From Octopus sinensis (taxonomy: Eukaryota): DNA of 64,000 bases. Both the position numbers and the translations under genes were made by a program. The stretch covers positions 72,292,001 through 72,356,000 of the forward strand of contig NC_043001.1 of the NCBI RefSeq assembly GCF_006345805.1, given 5' to 3'. Shown here piece by piece: positions 51,444 through 63,950 of the stretch. Below the pieces are notes generated by a model. That model saw only the letters and a list, made by a program, of their open reading frames with translations, ran no database searches and was not told the origin of the DNA. The first letter of the stretch is position 1, and the number at the start of each line of letters is the position of its first letter.

Positions 51444-52139
51444 TAATTGATTAATATCAATTTCTACCCTCATTATTTAATTTCTATATATATCAGTGTA
51501 TATATATTTCATGCTTCTTACAGCATTAGGAGTTTTTAACTCTTACTTCTTTCAATATAGATGCTTTACAATCTGTGACAATTAAATTTTTTGTTTATGT
51601 TATTATATTGTGCCTAGTTGTTTATATTAATATATATATATATAAATTAACAGAATGAGATAAAAATCTAAGGCAGTGAAAGGTTTCAGAACATTTATAA
51701 ATAGAATGTCTTACAGCTGTTTCCGGGATATTTTAACTATTTTAAACTATAGTCTGTCCATAGCACTTTCTCAGCATTACCTGACACTTTTGGGTCTTCT
51801 TGACACCATTACCTCTCATAACCTATATAGTATATATATAATGATTGCTTCATCTTGATAGCTGTCCTATCAACACACACACTACACCCCATCACACAGC
51901 ACAATCACTCCGTTGATGGGCCCTCAAATGACTTTTAAGACCAACTGCTGACAGGGTTTAACACACAAGTGACATATTATTCATGTTTCTTCTATATCTT
52001 TGTCCTTTGGAATCTGATTCTGAAGGAATGTTTTTGTGAACTAGCATGTCTTTTAAGTTCAGATATTGTCTTACAACTTTTGTGACATATGACACAAGTT
52101 GTAAGAAGCAGTTGATGTCCAAGATTATTACCTATCTGG

Positions 52140-53115
52140 GCATTTCGATTTTCATGTGACTTCATGAGTCATGTATCCTGCTTTTGACAACAAAACATGA
52201 TACATTTTCACTGTTCACTGTTGATTACAGTTCCAATTGTTCCTTTGCAACAGGCCCTTTTAAGCTTGGAGTGCTGAATCATTTTTTCCTCCCAGGCATT
52301 GCAATCAGTCCTAACAGCACCTCTCCACTTGTTCTGATCTAGAACATCAAGTTCCCAATCACTATTGCTCATATCTAGTTTCTTCAGGTTTTCCTTCACA
52401 CAGTCTTTATACCTTTTGTTTACCAGAATTGAGCTCACCATAAAAAAAGATGCTTTGGTAATCGCTTATCTTTCTTTCTAATAACATGTCCAGCACATCT
52501 CATTTGAGCTAAGATAATATGTTGTTCAATTGAGCTACAACGTGCCATGCACAAAACCTCTGTATCTGGCATGAAACATTCCCACTTGACTCCCAAGATA
52601 TGTCTGAGGCACTTTTGATGAAATCTCTCCAGCATTTTTATATGACACTTGTAAGTGGTCCATGTCTCACTCGAATAAAGATGTGCAGTCAATACACATA
52701 TTTTATAGACACTGATTTTTATCGCCAGGGAAATACCTCTATCCACCCATACTTGCTTTTTAAGCTTTCCAAATGCAATACTTCCCTTCTCTATTCGATA
52801 GTATTTCTAGCATCAAGACTACCATCTCTTGACATGGTGCTTCCAAGATAAACAAAGGTGTCAACAACTTCTAACCTTGTTCCATTCACAAAAATGTTTG
52901 GTTCAGGATATGTTTGTCCTGACACAGGAGTAAACATTACTTTGGCTTTCCCCAGAATAATTGTGAGTCCAAAATGTACACATGCAGTGGAAAATCTGTC
53001 CATTAAATGTTGCATATCCCCTTCTGCATGTGCCAACAAATCAGCATCATCAGCATAAAGTAATACTCTAACAAATATTTTGTAAGTCTTTGTTTTACAG
53101 TTAAACTGGGTCAAA
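52140..53115 (-). mobile_element. BovB-like RTE 3' half, decayed
   Basis: LLYADDA, FVYLGST, YSSETWT, FHQKCLR.IL and RYKDCVK motifs. Confidence 0.85.
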
Positions 53116-53146
53116 TTAAAAATGCGACCAGCTGCTCTACATCACT

Positions 53147-53178
<32 letters not shown>

Positions 53179-53189
53179 CATACATAATG

Positions 53190-54285
53190 CTCAGAGACAA
53201 TTAACACTGAAAATGTGCACAAAACAGCTTCCGCCACATGCCAGGAGAAAAAACTAGAAGTAGTTGATAGCTTCTATTACCTAGGTGACCAAGTCAGTAG
53301 CGGGGGTGGATGCTCTGAGAGTGTAGCTGCTAGAATAAGAATAGCCTGGGCAAAGTACAGAGAGCTCCTACCTCTGCTGGTGACAGAGGGCCTCTCGCTC
53401 AAAGGAAAAGGTAGACTGTATGATGCATGTGTGCAAACAGCCATGCTACATAACAGTGAAACATGGGCTGTGACTGCTGAGGACATGTGTAAGCTTACAA
53501 GAAATGAAACTAGTATGCTCTGCTGGATGAGTAATGTCAGTGTGCATACATGACAGAGTGTAAGCACCCTGAGAGAAAAGTCGGACTTAAGAAGCATCAG
53601 ATGTAGTGTGCAAGCGAGACGAATGGATGAGGACAGCTTTGTGAAAAAGTGTCACACCCTAGCAGTAGAGGGAACTTGTGGAAGAGGTAGACCCAGGAAG
53701 ACCTAGGATGAGGTGGTGAAGCACGACCTTTGAATGTTGGGCCTCATGGAAGCAATGACGAGTGACCGAGACCTTTGGAGATATGCTGTGCTTAAGAAGA
53801 GCCAAATGAGACTGTAACCGTGGCCTATGCTAGTGCAGTATAACCAGCCCATTTAAGAATACCCTTCAATCATTGGGCAATAAACTGTGCTTGCAAAGAC
53901 CTGTTGAGTCAAGTGAAATCATTGCTATGGTCATGCCAGTACCGCCTGACTGGCACCCATGCTGGTGGCACGTAAAAAGTACCATTCAAGCGTGGTTGTT
54001 GCCAGTGCCGCTTGACTGGCCCCCATGCTGGTGGCACATAAAAAGTGCCATTCAAGTGTAGTCGATCTCAGTACTACCTGACTGGCTCTCATGCCGGTGG
54101 CACATAAAAAGCACCCACTATACTCTTGGAGTGTTTGGTGTTAGGAAGGGCATCCAGCTGTAGAAACCTTGCCAGATCAGATTGGAGCCCAGTACAGCCT
54201 TTCTGGCTTGCCAGTCCTCAGTCAAACTGTCCAACTCATGCCAGCATGAAAAGCAGATGTTAAATGAGGATGATGATGATGATGA
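53190..54285 (+). mobile_element. RTE 3' fragment (main family) with 3' UTR
   Basis: FYYLGDQV..GGGC and RLYDACVQTAML; (GAT)n tail; preceded by (TA)n. Confidence 0.88.
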
Positions 54286-55964
54286 TACATACATGCATAC
54301 ATACATACATACATACATACATACATACATACATACATACATACATACATACATACATGTATATTGAATAAGTACTACACAGAAAGCAATTGTACATATA
54401 AATAGATAGAACAGGGAAGTTGGTTTTTATTGATTTAATTTGGAGAGGCTACCAGGACTAAATATTGATTAAATGGTTCCTACTGGTAGTGTGACATAAT
54501 TAGATTTTGTGTGGGAGATAGTCATATAATAGATAGGTTCATTTTAAGGGTTAAAACAAATATTAAAGGGAAGACTATATGAAGCTTACATGAAATGCCT
54601 GATAGTGTATGGCAGAGAGATATGGGTTATGAATGTAGAAGATGTACAGCAGAAAGAAAGGAATGACTCCTATACTGTCCATTGTTAATTTACACAAAAG
54701 ATTAAATACTACTGATTTGAAATGATTAATAAGATGTAATTAATGGATATTGATGACTACAAGAATGAGAAAATACATCTAGGGATGTCTGGTTTAACAC
54801 TGCTATCAGGTATCCTGTGAGCCTTTAACAAGCCTGTCTGTTATATTTAGGTTAGGCTTCCACTTTGCACGTAACTTCTGCTTTCCCTTCCAAGAGTATT
54901 GGAGGTCCCAGAAATGGTCATGGGCACTACCTACTCCCTGGTTAAAAGATAGAAATTATATATTGGATGTTGATAGGGGAAACATTTGGGTTGTAGGGAA
55001 ATGTCTATGGGTAGCAGTTAATACTGTGTAATAAAAAGGCGGTTAGCTGGCAGAATCATTAGCACACTGGGCAAAATGCTTAGCAACATTTCATCTGTCT
55101 TCATATTTTGAGTTCAAATTCTGCTGAGGTCAACTTTGCCTTTCATCCTTTCGGAGACATTGAACACTGGGGTCAATGTAATCAACTTAACCCTTCCCCT
55201 GAAATTGCTAGCCTTCTGCAAAAATTTGAAAATGATATTGGGTTATAAGGTTGACATTTGTGGTATAGTGTAAATATTCGAGATACAGAGTGAGCATTTG
55301 GGTTTAAAAGGGTACTTTGAGTTTGAGGGAGAACATCTGAGCTATCTGGAGGACATTTGGGCTATGGGATCAATATTTAAACAAAAATGGCTAATATCTA
55401 AGTTATAGGGTTAACATATGAATTATAGGTCAACATTTAGGATATAAAATTGAGAAATATAAAGAAGATACCACATTACAGATCTATATTACTGCATGGA
55501 AAAAAAAAAACTAAACTGGCATTTTAATGAAGATGAAGTTGTTTTGTTGTTGTTGATGATGATGAGGATGAGCAGGGTGAGGAGTGGAGGTTGATGTAAT
55601 TAGGTGTCAAAATCTCGCTCACCCTTGGAAAATGTTCTCCACACTAAGTTGTCTCTCTACATGAAGACATCATTGTCAACACAGTATGCTGTTGTGTAAT
55701 TATTAATAGACAAGGCTATCTTTAGAAATCACCTCTCACAAGGCAATGTTGGGGATGAGTCACCTATGTGGTTCCTTGATTTGCCAGGACTAGCAGCTAA
55801 ATCTCTCTAAATACAATGTTTTATCATCTTAAAAAAGGGACTTGCTGGTTTATGTGGTCCTGGGTCTCTGTGCATAAGAAAATAACAAGATGGTCATGGC
55901 TGGAATGCTTTTGATCATAGGCCAACTAGATCACAGTTGACCTGTGGAGGGTGTGTGTGTCAAA

Positions 55965-56163
55965 TGATATCATCATCATCAACAACATTCTACACAACTA
56001 CTACTACCACAGCACCACCATCACTGCCACCACCACCACCAACCACCACCACCACCACCACAACAACAACAACAGCTGCTGCTGCTGCTACCACCACCAC
56101 CACCACCACCACCACCACCACCACCACCACCACCACCACCCCACCACCACCACCACCACCACC

Positions 56164-56210
<47 letters not shown>

Positions 56211-56531
56211 CTCACTGGTTAGTTTACATTTTTGATTAGAAGTACAGTACTCAAGTGGGTTAGAACTCAAATGAAGTTGTCATCAGTGTTATGCCACAGA
56301 ACCACAGAACCACCATAAAACTGTTCTGCATTGATTAGATATCAATATTTATTGACAACTATAACAACAACAATGGCAATAACGGTCATAGAATCAGTAT
56401 ATGTTCCACCCCCATCATCTCTGTCACATGTATCAGCCACAAGAACTGCATCAGCAGCAGCACTGTATGCCCCACCTGGTACATATATTGACAACAGCAG
56501 CAACGACCACAAGAGCAGGTACAACAACAAT

Positions 56532-56562
<31 letters not shown>

Positions 56563-56690
56563 GTAGGTACAACAGAAGCAGCAACAGTAATTATTTGTCA
56601 TTCTCATTATAAACACCCAATCTTCATACTTCACCGCCAGAGAAACACCACCACCATCAAAACTACCACCACCACCACCACTACCAAGTC
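55965..56690. repeat. Compound trinucleotide tract (ACC, ACT, CAG, CAA)
   Basis: Directly visible; accounts for the poly-T/P/H/Q/S ORFs in the track. Confidence 0.95.
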
Positions 56691-56695
56691 CAGAT

Positions 56696-56750
56696 ATGAT
56701 GAAACTTTGTGCTGTTATGATGTTCATCACTTTCCTGCTCCACCAGGAAG
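56696..56750 (+). CDS. Probable first coding exon of a secreted or membrane protein (signal peptide)
   Basis: ATG ATG AAA CTT... gives MMKLCAVMMFITFLLHQE (basic residue then hydrophobic core), ending G|GTAAGT, a consensus phase-1 donor. No downstream exon identified in the window. Confidence 0.5.
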
Positions 56751-57065
56751 GTAAGTCATTAACTAGCTGTCATCTTGATTACATCTACTCACACCCACAA
56801 TCACATGCACACACAAACACAAATATACACACATAGTTATATTTAGAAGGTATCCAACAATTGTAGAAATATTTCAAAACCGTGATATATGCACATATGT
56901 ATATATCATCATCAGCATCATCATCATCATCATCATAAACATCATCATCATCATCACCATCATCATTGTCATTGTTTTCACTTTTGCCTTTCGATGGTCA
57001 GACAGAATTTTGTCAATGAGGCAACGAAACAATAACACACACACACACATACATTCATCTATCTA

Positions 57066-57104
<39 letters not shown>

Positions 57105-57110
57105 GATAGG

Positions 57111-57155
<45 letters not shown>

Positions 57156-58158
57156 GACAAGCTTCTTTCAGTTTCTGTCTACCAAACTGACTTACAAGGT
57201 TTGTTGAGCCTAAGGCTATAACAGAAGACATCTGCCCAAAGGGCCACATAGTGGAATTGTACCCAGAACCATGTGGTTGGAAGGCAAACCTCTAACCACA
57301 CAGCCACACCTGTATTTATACATACACACACACACATATGTATGTATCATCATCATCATCATTATCATTTAATGTCCGCTTTCCATGCTGGTATGGGTTG
57401 GATAGTTTGACTGAAAACTGGTAAGCCAGGGAGCTGCACCAGGTTCCGATATGATTTGGCAAGGTCTCTATGGCTGGATGCTCTTCCTAGCATCAACCAC
57501 TCCAAGAGTTTAGTGGGTGTTTTTTATGTGCCATTAACCTGACACTGGCATTGGCCATGACTATGATCTCACTTGGTTTGACAGGTCTACACAAGCATGG
57601 TGTATATATATTCTTTTATTCTTATTCTTTTATTCTTTTCACTCATTTGACTGTAGCCATGCTGGAGCACCACCTTTAGTTGAACAAATAAACTCTCAGG
57701 ACTTATTCTTTGTAAGCCTAGTACTTATGGTATTGGTCCCTTTTGCCGAACCGCTAAGTTACGGGGGTGTAAACACACCAACATCGGTTGTCAAGTAATA
57801 GTGGGAGACAAACACAGAAACACACACATACATATATATATACATATACATAAAAAAGATAAATTAAATGTAGAGATATTCTACTGACATTCAATAATTT
57901 ATTTATATTACTATTTGTTGGCCCTTTTATGGTTTTTATAATTATTTATATAATATTATGTTAAGCTATATATTATATATAATATATCATATTCATACTA
58001 TTCAATGAAATATTGGAATATAAATAAATTATTGAATGTCAATAGAATATCTATATTTAATTTATCTTTTTTATTGAATTATACCAATATTTATATGGTA
58101 TCCAACTGGAGTACCAGTGAATTGGATGTTTAAGACCCCTTTGAAGGATCTATATCTA

Positions 58159-58255
<97 letters not shown>

Positions 58256-58443
58256 CTCCAAACTTACAGGGAAAAATTCAATTTAGTATTAAATCAAATT
58301 TCTCAATATAAATATATAATATATAATATACATAAATTAGAGAAAAACCACTATAAACCATATCATAAAGAAAAAATAAAATATATTATAAAACATATAA
58401 CTAGATCACAAAATGTACAAAAAATGAATAAACAATATATAGT

Positions 58444-58731
58444 AAACAATTGCAGCGTGGAAGGTGTTTATAAGCCATTTAAGAAACACACAAAAGCCGT
58501 TCGATTCACTTCAACATTTAAGTTTAATTTGTCAAAATATTTTCGTCGCTAAAATCCGCGACCTGTTCACTGACAAAGTCCGTGATGCAGCACGGACTTT
58601 GTCAGTGAACAGGTCGCGGATTTTAGCGACGAAAATATTTTGACAAATTAAACTTAAATGTTGAAGTGAATCGAACGGCTTTTGTGTGTTTCTTAAATGG
58701 CTTATAAAAACCTTCCACGCTGCAATTGTTT
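58444..58731. repeat. Near-perfect palindrome: 141-bp arms, 6-nt loop, within a 341-bp insert flanked by a 12-bp TSD
   Basis: Arms 58444-58584 and 58591-58731 show one mismatch by my reading. AATATATAGTAA lies at 58434-58445 and 58787-58798. Confidence 0.95.
58598..58647 (+). ncRNA. Hammerhead-like fold with variant core (mirror copy on minus at 58528-58577)
   Basis: Stem I TTTGTCA/TGACAAA; core GTGAACA plus an extra G; stem II GTCGC/GCGAC; GAAA; palindromic stem III AATATT; UUU triplet. Confidence 0.5.
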
Positions 58732-59457
58732 TCGTTTCAGCACACGATCTCAGATCAAATTACTTGCTATGCGAGTACATCTCCGTAATATATAGTAAGT
58801 AAAAAGACTATGTATGTTTTGTGGTTATAACTTCAATTTGAATTACAATTAAATTTGAATTTAATTGAAAAACAATTCAATTTAAAAGTAAAGTCACTCC
58901 TCAGGTCAACAATAATAACAATAATAATGAAATAAATAATCAAATAGAATTAAACAATATTTCTTAAAGAAATAAAAACATGATTCTTCTTATAGAAGAA
59001 ACTCCATTAACTAAATTTGAAACTTAAAAAGTAGGACCGGTTGTCTATAATACATTTATCATGTTAAAAACTTAAGGTAAAAAAATAGAGTAAATAGATA
59101 GAAAAATGTATTTTATCTGTGAAGATATATTTTAGCATTGAGAATAATATTAACAAACTATAGTATATCTTTACTGGAAAAATATAAGTTTCAAATTTAG
59201 TTAATGGAGTTTCTTCTATAAGAAGAATCATGTTTTTATTTCTTTAAGAAATATTGTTTAATTCTACAAACTGAAAAGGGAGCTTGACAGAATTAACTAA
59301 ATTAGAGTCGAATAATGGTTTCATATTATTTTATAATTAAGATCTAAATTGTTGATATATGAATGCAAAAAAGATAGTTGAATAACTGTAAACCTATTTT
59401 TGGGCCACCCAGTATATATAAATATATATTTATATATGCATATATATATATATATAT

Positions 59458-59511
<54 letters not shown>

Positions 59512-59515
<4 letters not shown>

Positions 59516-62195
59516 ACATATTACTTGAAGCCTTTGACGAAGTAGAAGGGGATATAGCTTCACTTGGGGTAGAAGACAACTGGAGGATTCTAAGGGACAA
59601 CCTGCTGAGAGCCACTCACCAGATCTGTGGCTGGTGCAAAGTCCCCTCTCGACCTAAAATAACGTGGTGGTGGAACAATGTTGTAGACAGGGCTATTAGA
59701 GAAAAAAGACAGGCTTGGAAGGACTGGAAGAATGGGGATAGCAGGGAATTGTATCAGACTGCCAAAAGAGAAGCTAGGAGACAGGTTTATTTAGCCAGAG
59801 GGGAAGCAGATAAGAAAAAATTTGCCAATGTTCTGTGCCGTAAGGACCAAAGACTTGAGGTATTTCGTGTTGCAAGACAGTGTGTGAGAGAGAATCATGA
59901 TGTGGTAGGAGAGAAATGTGTTCGCATGGATGATGGTTCACTTGTTCTAAATGAGGATACAAAGAGAGAGGTTTGGAGATGCCACTATGAAAGGTTGCTG
60001 AATAAAGAAAATGAATGGGATAAAGAGAGTCTGCCGAATGTCGACCCAACAGAGGGACCAGCTATCCGAGTTGACAGTTCCTTGGTAGTTAAGGCAATTA
60101 GAAGCATGAAGACAGGCCCATCAGGAATTACTGCAGAGATGCTAAAAATATCTGGTAGTGTCGGCTATAGCCTAGTCACCTGTATAGTTAACCAGGTGAT
60201 ACACGAAGGAGTCATACCCAATGACTGGTGTAGCAGCATAATAGTCAACTGCTACAAAGGTAAAGGTGATGCCCTAGATACAAATAATTACAGAGGTATC
60301 AAGCTGTTGGATCAGGTAATGAAGGTTACGGAGAGGATCATAGCCCAACTAATTAGAGAGAGAGTTAGTTTAGATGAGATGCAGTTTGGGTTCGTGCCAG
60401 GGAAAAGTACTACTGATGTTATATTCCTGGTAAGACAGCTGCAGGAGAAATATCTAGCCAAAGATAAGCCCCTATACCTGGCTTTCGTTGACATGGAGAA
60501 AGCCTTCAACAGGGTCCCCCGATCCCTTATCTGGTGGTCAATGAGGAAACTAGGGATAGATGAATGGTTAGTGAGAGCTGAGCAAGCCATGTACAGGGAT
60601 GCTGCTAGTGAGGTGAGGGTTGGCAATGATTACAGTGAAGAATTCTGGGTAGAGGTTGGGGTCCACCAAGGTTCAGTGCTCAGCACCTTCCTATTTATCA
60701 TAGTCCTCCAGGCAATAACAGAGGAATTCAAGACAGGATGCCCCTGGGAGCTCCACTACGCTGATGACCTTGTTCTAATTGCTGAGTCACTATCAGAACT
60801 GGAGGAGAAGTTTCAGGTGTGGAAGCAAGGATTAGAATCGAAGGGCCTTAGAGTCAACCTAGCTAAAACCAAAGTCCTAATAAGTAGGAAGGTAGACAAG
60901 TCACAAACGCCTTCAGGTAGATGGCCTTGCTCGATCTGTAGAAAAGGCGTAGGTAGAAACTCTATAAGATGCACCAAGTGTAAGCTATGGACACATAAGA
61001 GGTGCATCAACGTCAAGGGAAGGCTAACTAGGAAGATAGTTTTTGTATGTGGCAGATGCTCAGAGACCAACTTCCGCCACATTCCAGGGAGAAAAACTAG
61101 AAATAGTTGATAGCTTCTGTTACCTAGGTGACCAAGTCAATAGCAGGGGCGGGTGTGTTGAAAGTGTAACTGCTAGAGTAAGAATAGCCTGGGCAAAGTT
61201 CAGAGAGCTCGTTCCTCTGCTAGGGACAAAAGGCCTCTCGCTCAAAGTAAAAGGCAGACTGTATGACACATGTATACAAACAGTCATGCTACATGGCAGG
61301 GAAACATGGGCCGTGACTGCTGAGGATATGTGTAAGCTTGCAAGAAATGAAGCCAGTATGCTCCGATGGATGTGTAATGTCAGTGTTCATACTCGACAGA
61401 GTGTAAGTACCTTGAGAGAAGTTGGACCTAAGAAGCATCAGTTGTAGTGCGCAAGAGAGACGTTTGCGCTGGTATGGTCATGTGGCGAGAATGGATGAAG
61501 TTAGTTGTGTGAAAAAGTGCCACACCCTAGCGGTTGAGGGAACCTGTGGAAGAGGTAGACCCAGGAAAACCTGGGATGAAGTGGTGAAGCACGACCTTCG
61601 AACTTTAGGTTTCACCAAGGAAATGACTAGAGACCGAGACCTTTGGAAGTATGCTGTGCGTGAGAAGACCCGGCAGGACAAGTGAGACCATAACCCATGG
61701 CCTCAGTCCACTTATGCATACCTTTCCTTCTTGGGACACAAATCTCTACTTGTAAAGACCTGTTGAGGCAAGTGAAAATCAAAATCAAAATCGATCAACA
61801 TCAATGGAAATTGTAGCTGTGATACCAGTGCCGGTGGCACATAAGAGAACCATCTGAACATGGCTGTTGCCAGCACCGTTCCGACTGGCTTCCATGCTGG
61901 TGGCACGTAAAAAGCACCATCCGATCATGGCCGTTGCCAGCCTCGCCTGGCCTCTGTGCCAGTGACACGTAAAAAGCACTATCCGATCGTGGCCGTTTGC
62001 CAGCCTCGTCTGGCACGTAAAAAGCACCCACTACACTCATGGAGTGGTTGGCGTTAGGGAGGGCATCCAGCTGTAGAAACATTGCCAGATCAGACTGGGC
62101 CTGGTGCAGCCTTCTGGCTTCCCAGACCCGACCCCAGTTGAACTGTCTAACCCATGCCAGCATGGAAAGCGGATGCTAAATGATGATGATGATGA
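59512..62195 (+). mobile_element. 5'-truncated RTE-clade LINE with a 532-aa RT-containing ORF, two downstream frameshifts and 3' UTR
   Basis: YRGIKLL, QFGFVPGKST, FVDMEKAF, GVHQGS and YADD motifs; inserted in (TA)n; (GAT)n tail. Confidence 0.95.
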
Positions 62196-62280
62196 TATAT
62201 ATATATATATACATATTGGTAAAACGGTAAGATAACAAAAGAAAGAAAGAGACCTCAATATTATGTAAATAGAGGAAATT

Positions 62281-63066
62281 TATCTATACAATAATATGTT
62301 ACATTACTCGATAGTCAAGATAAAACTCTGAGTTTCAGATGCCGAAGTGGAAATCCACAACACCATCTTCGGTTATCTGGCTATTTGAAAACGCTATGAA
62401 AAAATACCGTTATATAAAGGGAAATTACTGTGTTATAACTCTGCTTGCCTGCGTACTTATACATCGCTCGCATTTTTCGTCATAAAAATTATATAACAAT
62501 ACATAAAAAATATATAAAAAATATATAAAAATATATATCTTCTTGGGACATAACATAGAAAGCATGTTCTATCTGTTTTCTTTAGGGGACCAAAAATGTA
62601 ACAGAAATTTAGTCACATGTGGGCATGATCCGAAAAGTTCTGTCCTTGTGTTTAGACATGTAGTAGGGTCTAAGCTGCTTTTCCAGATAAGCCATCTCTC
62701 CATGTCACATAGACCGCACCTTCCGCTGCCGTTTGTATAGGGCTTACATCTGGCCAAAATCTTCCAATGTATGTTATAATTGACACCTTTATCTCTTAAA
62801 GACCAAATATGATTAGATAATTGTGTCGCTTTTCTTTTGTTCCAGTGCCTAAAGCTCAAAGTGTGGTTATTGAACCTGGCCTTGAAGTTACCCTCTGTAA
62901 GGCCCACGTATTTCTTCGTCGAAACGGTGTCTTTAGTGGTTATAGAGTTTACGGTAGCTTCATATATGATAGTCTTGGAGATGGTGTTGTGGATTTCCAC
63001 TTAGGCAGCTGAAACTCAGAGTTTTATCTTGACTATCGAGTAATGTAACATATTATTGTATAGATA
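62281..63066 (-). mobile_element. Penelope-like element fragment: GIY-YIG endonuclease between 88-bp inverted repeats
   Basis: ORF 62569-63000: IIYEATV...KYVGLTEG.FKARFNNH...LSNHIW.L...C.LC..ER..I...LNTR.EL...C.H. Arms at 62281-62368 and 62979-63066. Confidence 0.88.
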
Positions 63067-63084
63067 TATATATACATATCTATC

Positions 63085-63118
<34 letters not shown>

Positions 63119-63155
63119 TATATATATACATACATATACATGTATAAATATATAT

Positions 63156-63195
<40 letters not shown>

Positions 63196-63719
63196 CTCAC
63201 ACACACACACACACACACATATGTATACATGCATGTTTATATATTCATGCCAGGAAGAGCATCCTGTTGTAGAAACCAACCTAAAACTGAATGTTCTAGT
63301 TCTTGAAATTAATTTTTATAATTCTTCCTTTTCTTGATGTACTTCAAACAGCACAAAAGGAAACAAAATCTTCAAAACAATTTGGTTCTTGCTGCTGCTA
63401 AGATTCCTTTAAAATAAGAGATTTATGGCTTCCACATTGGTCAACCTACATCAAGGTTCTCTCTTTCATTTTTAAAAATTTAAATAAGTTTATCAGTGGA
63501 TCAAAGTATGAATACATTTGATGTCTGAGAATCATTTTTGAGAGGCAAGAGAAATATATTTGAAGGGCATCCATTGGTAGAAACTATGCTAAAACCAAGA
63601 TATCGGAGCAAGAAGTTGTTCGTCTGCTCCATTGGATCCTATCTCACTATCCAGCCCATGTCAGCATGGAAACAGATATAATATGATGATAGTGATGATG
63701 TTTAATTCAGACAAATTAT

Positions 63720-63950
63720 CAGGATTGTCATCGCTATTGATCTCCTTATTGTTGTTGTCATCATCATCATTATTGTCATCATCGTTATCATTGTTGTTGT
63801 CATTGTTGTCATCATCATCATCATCATCATCATCATTATCACCATCATGTCACCATCATCATCATCATGTCACCATCATCATCACTATTGTTGTGGTTAC
63901 CCTCTTCCTCCTCTTTATCATTGTCATCTTCATTATCATCGTCATCATCT
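63720..63950. repeat. Imperfect (ATC)n/(TTG)n microsatellite
   Basis: Directly visible. Confidence 0.9.

Noticed and set aside
55937-56754. Long poly-T/P/Q/S/C ORFs read as mucin-like or prion-like proteins
   Set aside because: Open in several frames on both strands because they are stop-free trinucleotide repeats; only the short signal-peptide exon has independent support.
61830-62035. Regularly spaced repeats resembling a CRISPR array
   Set aside because: The units are tandem without unique spacers, sit inside an RTE 3' UTR, and have a eukaryotic context with no cas genes.
63329-63380. Possible second exon for the signal-peptide gene (AQKETKSSKQFGSCCC*)
   Set aside because: Weak acceptor context, early stop and no recognisable domain; not supportable.
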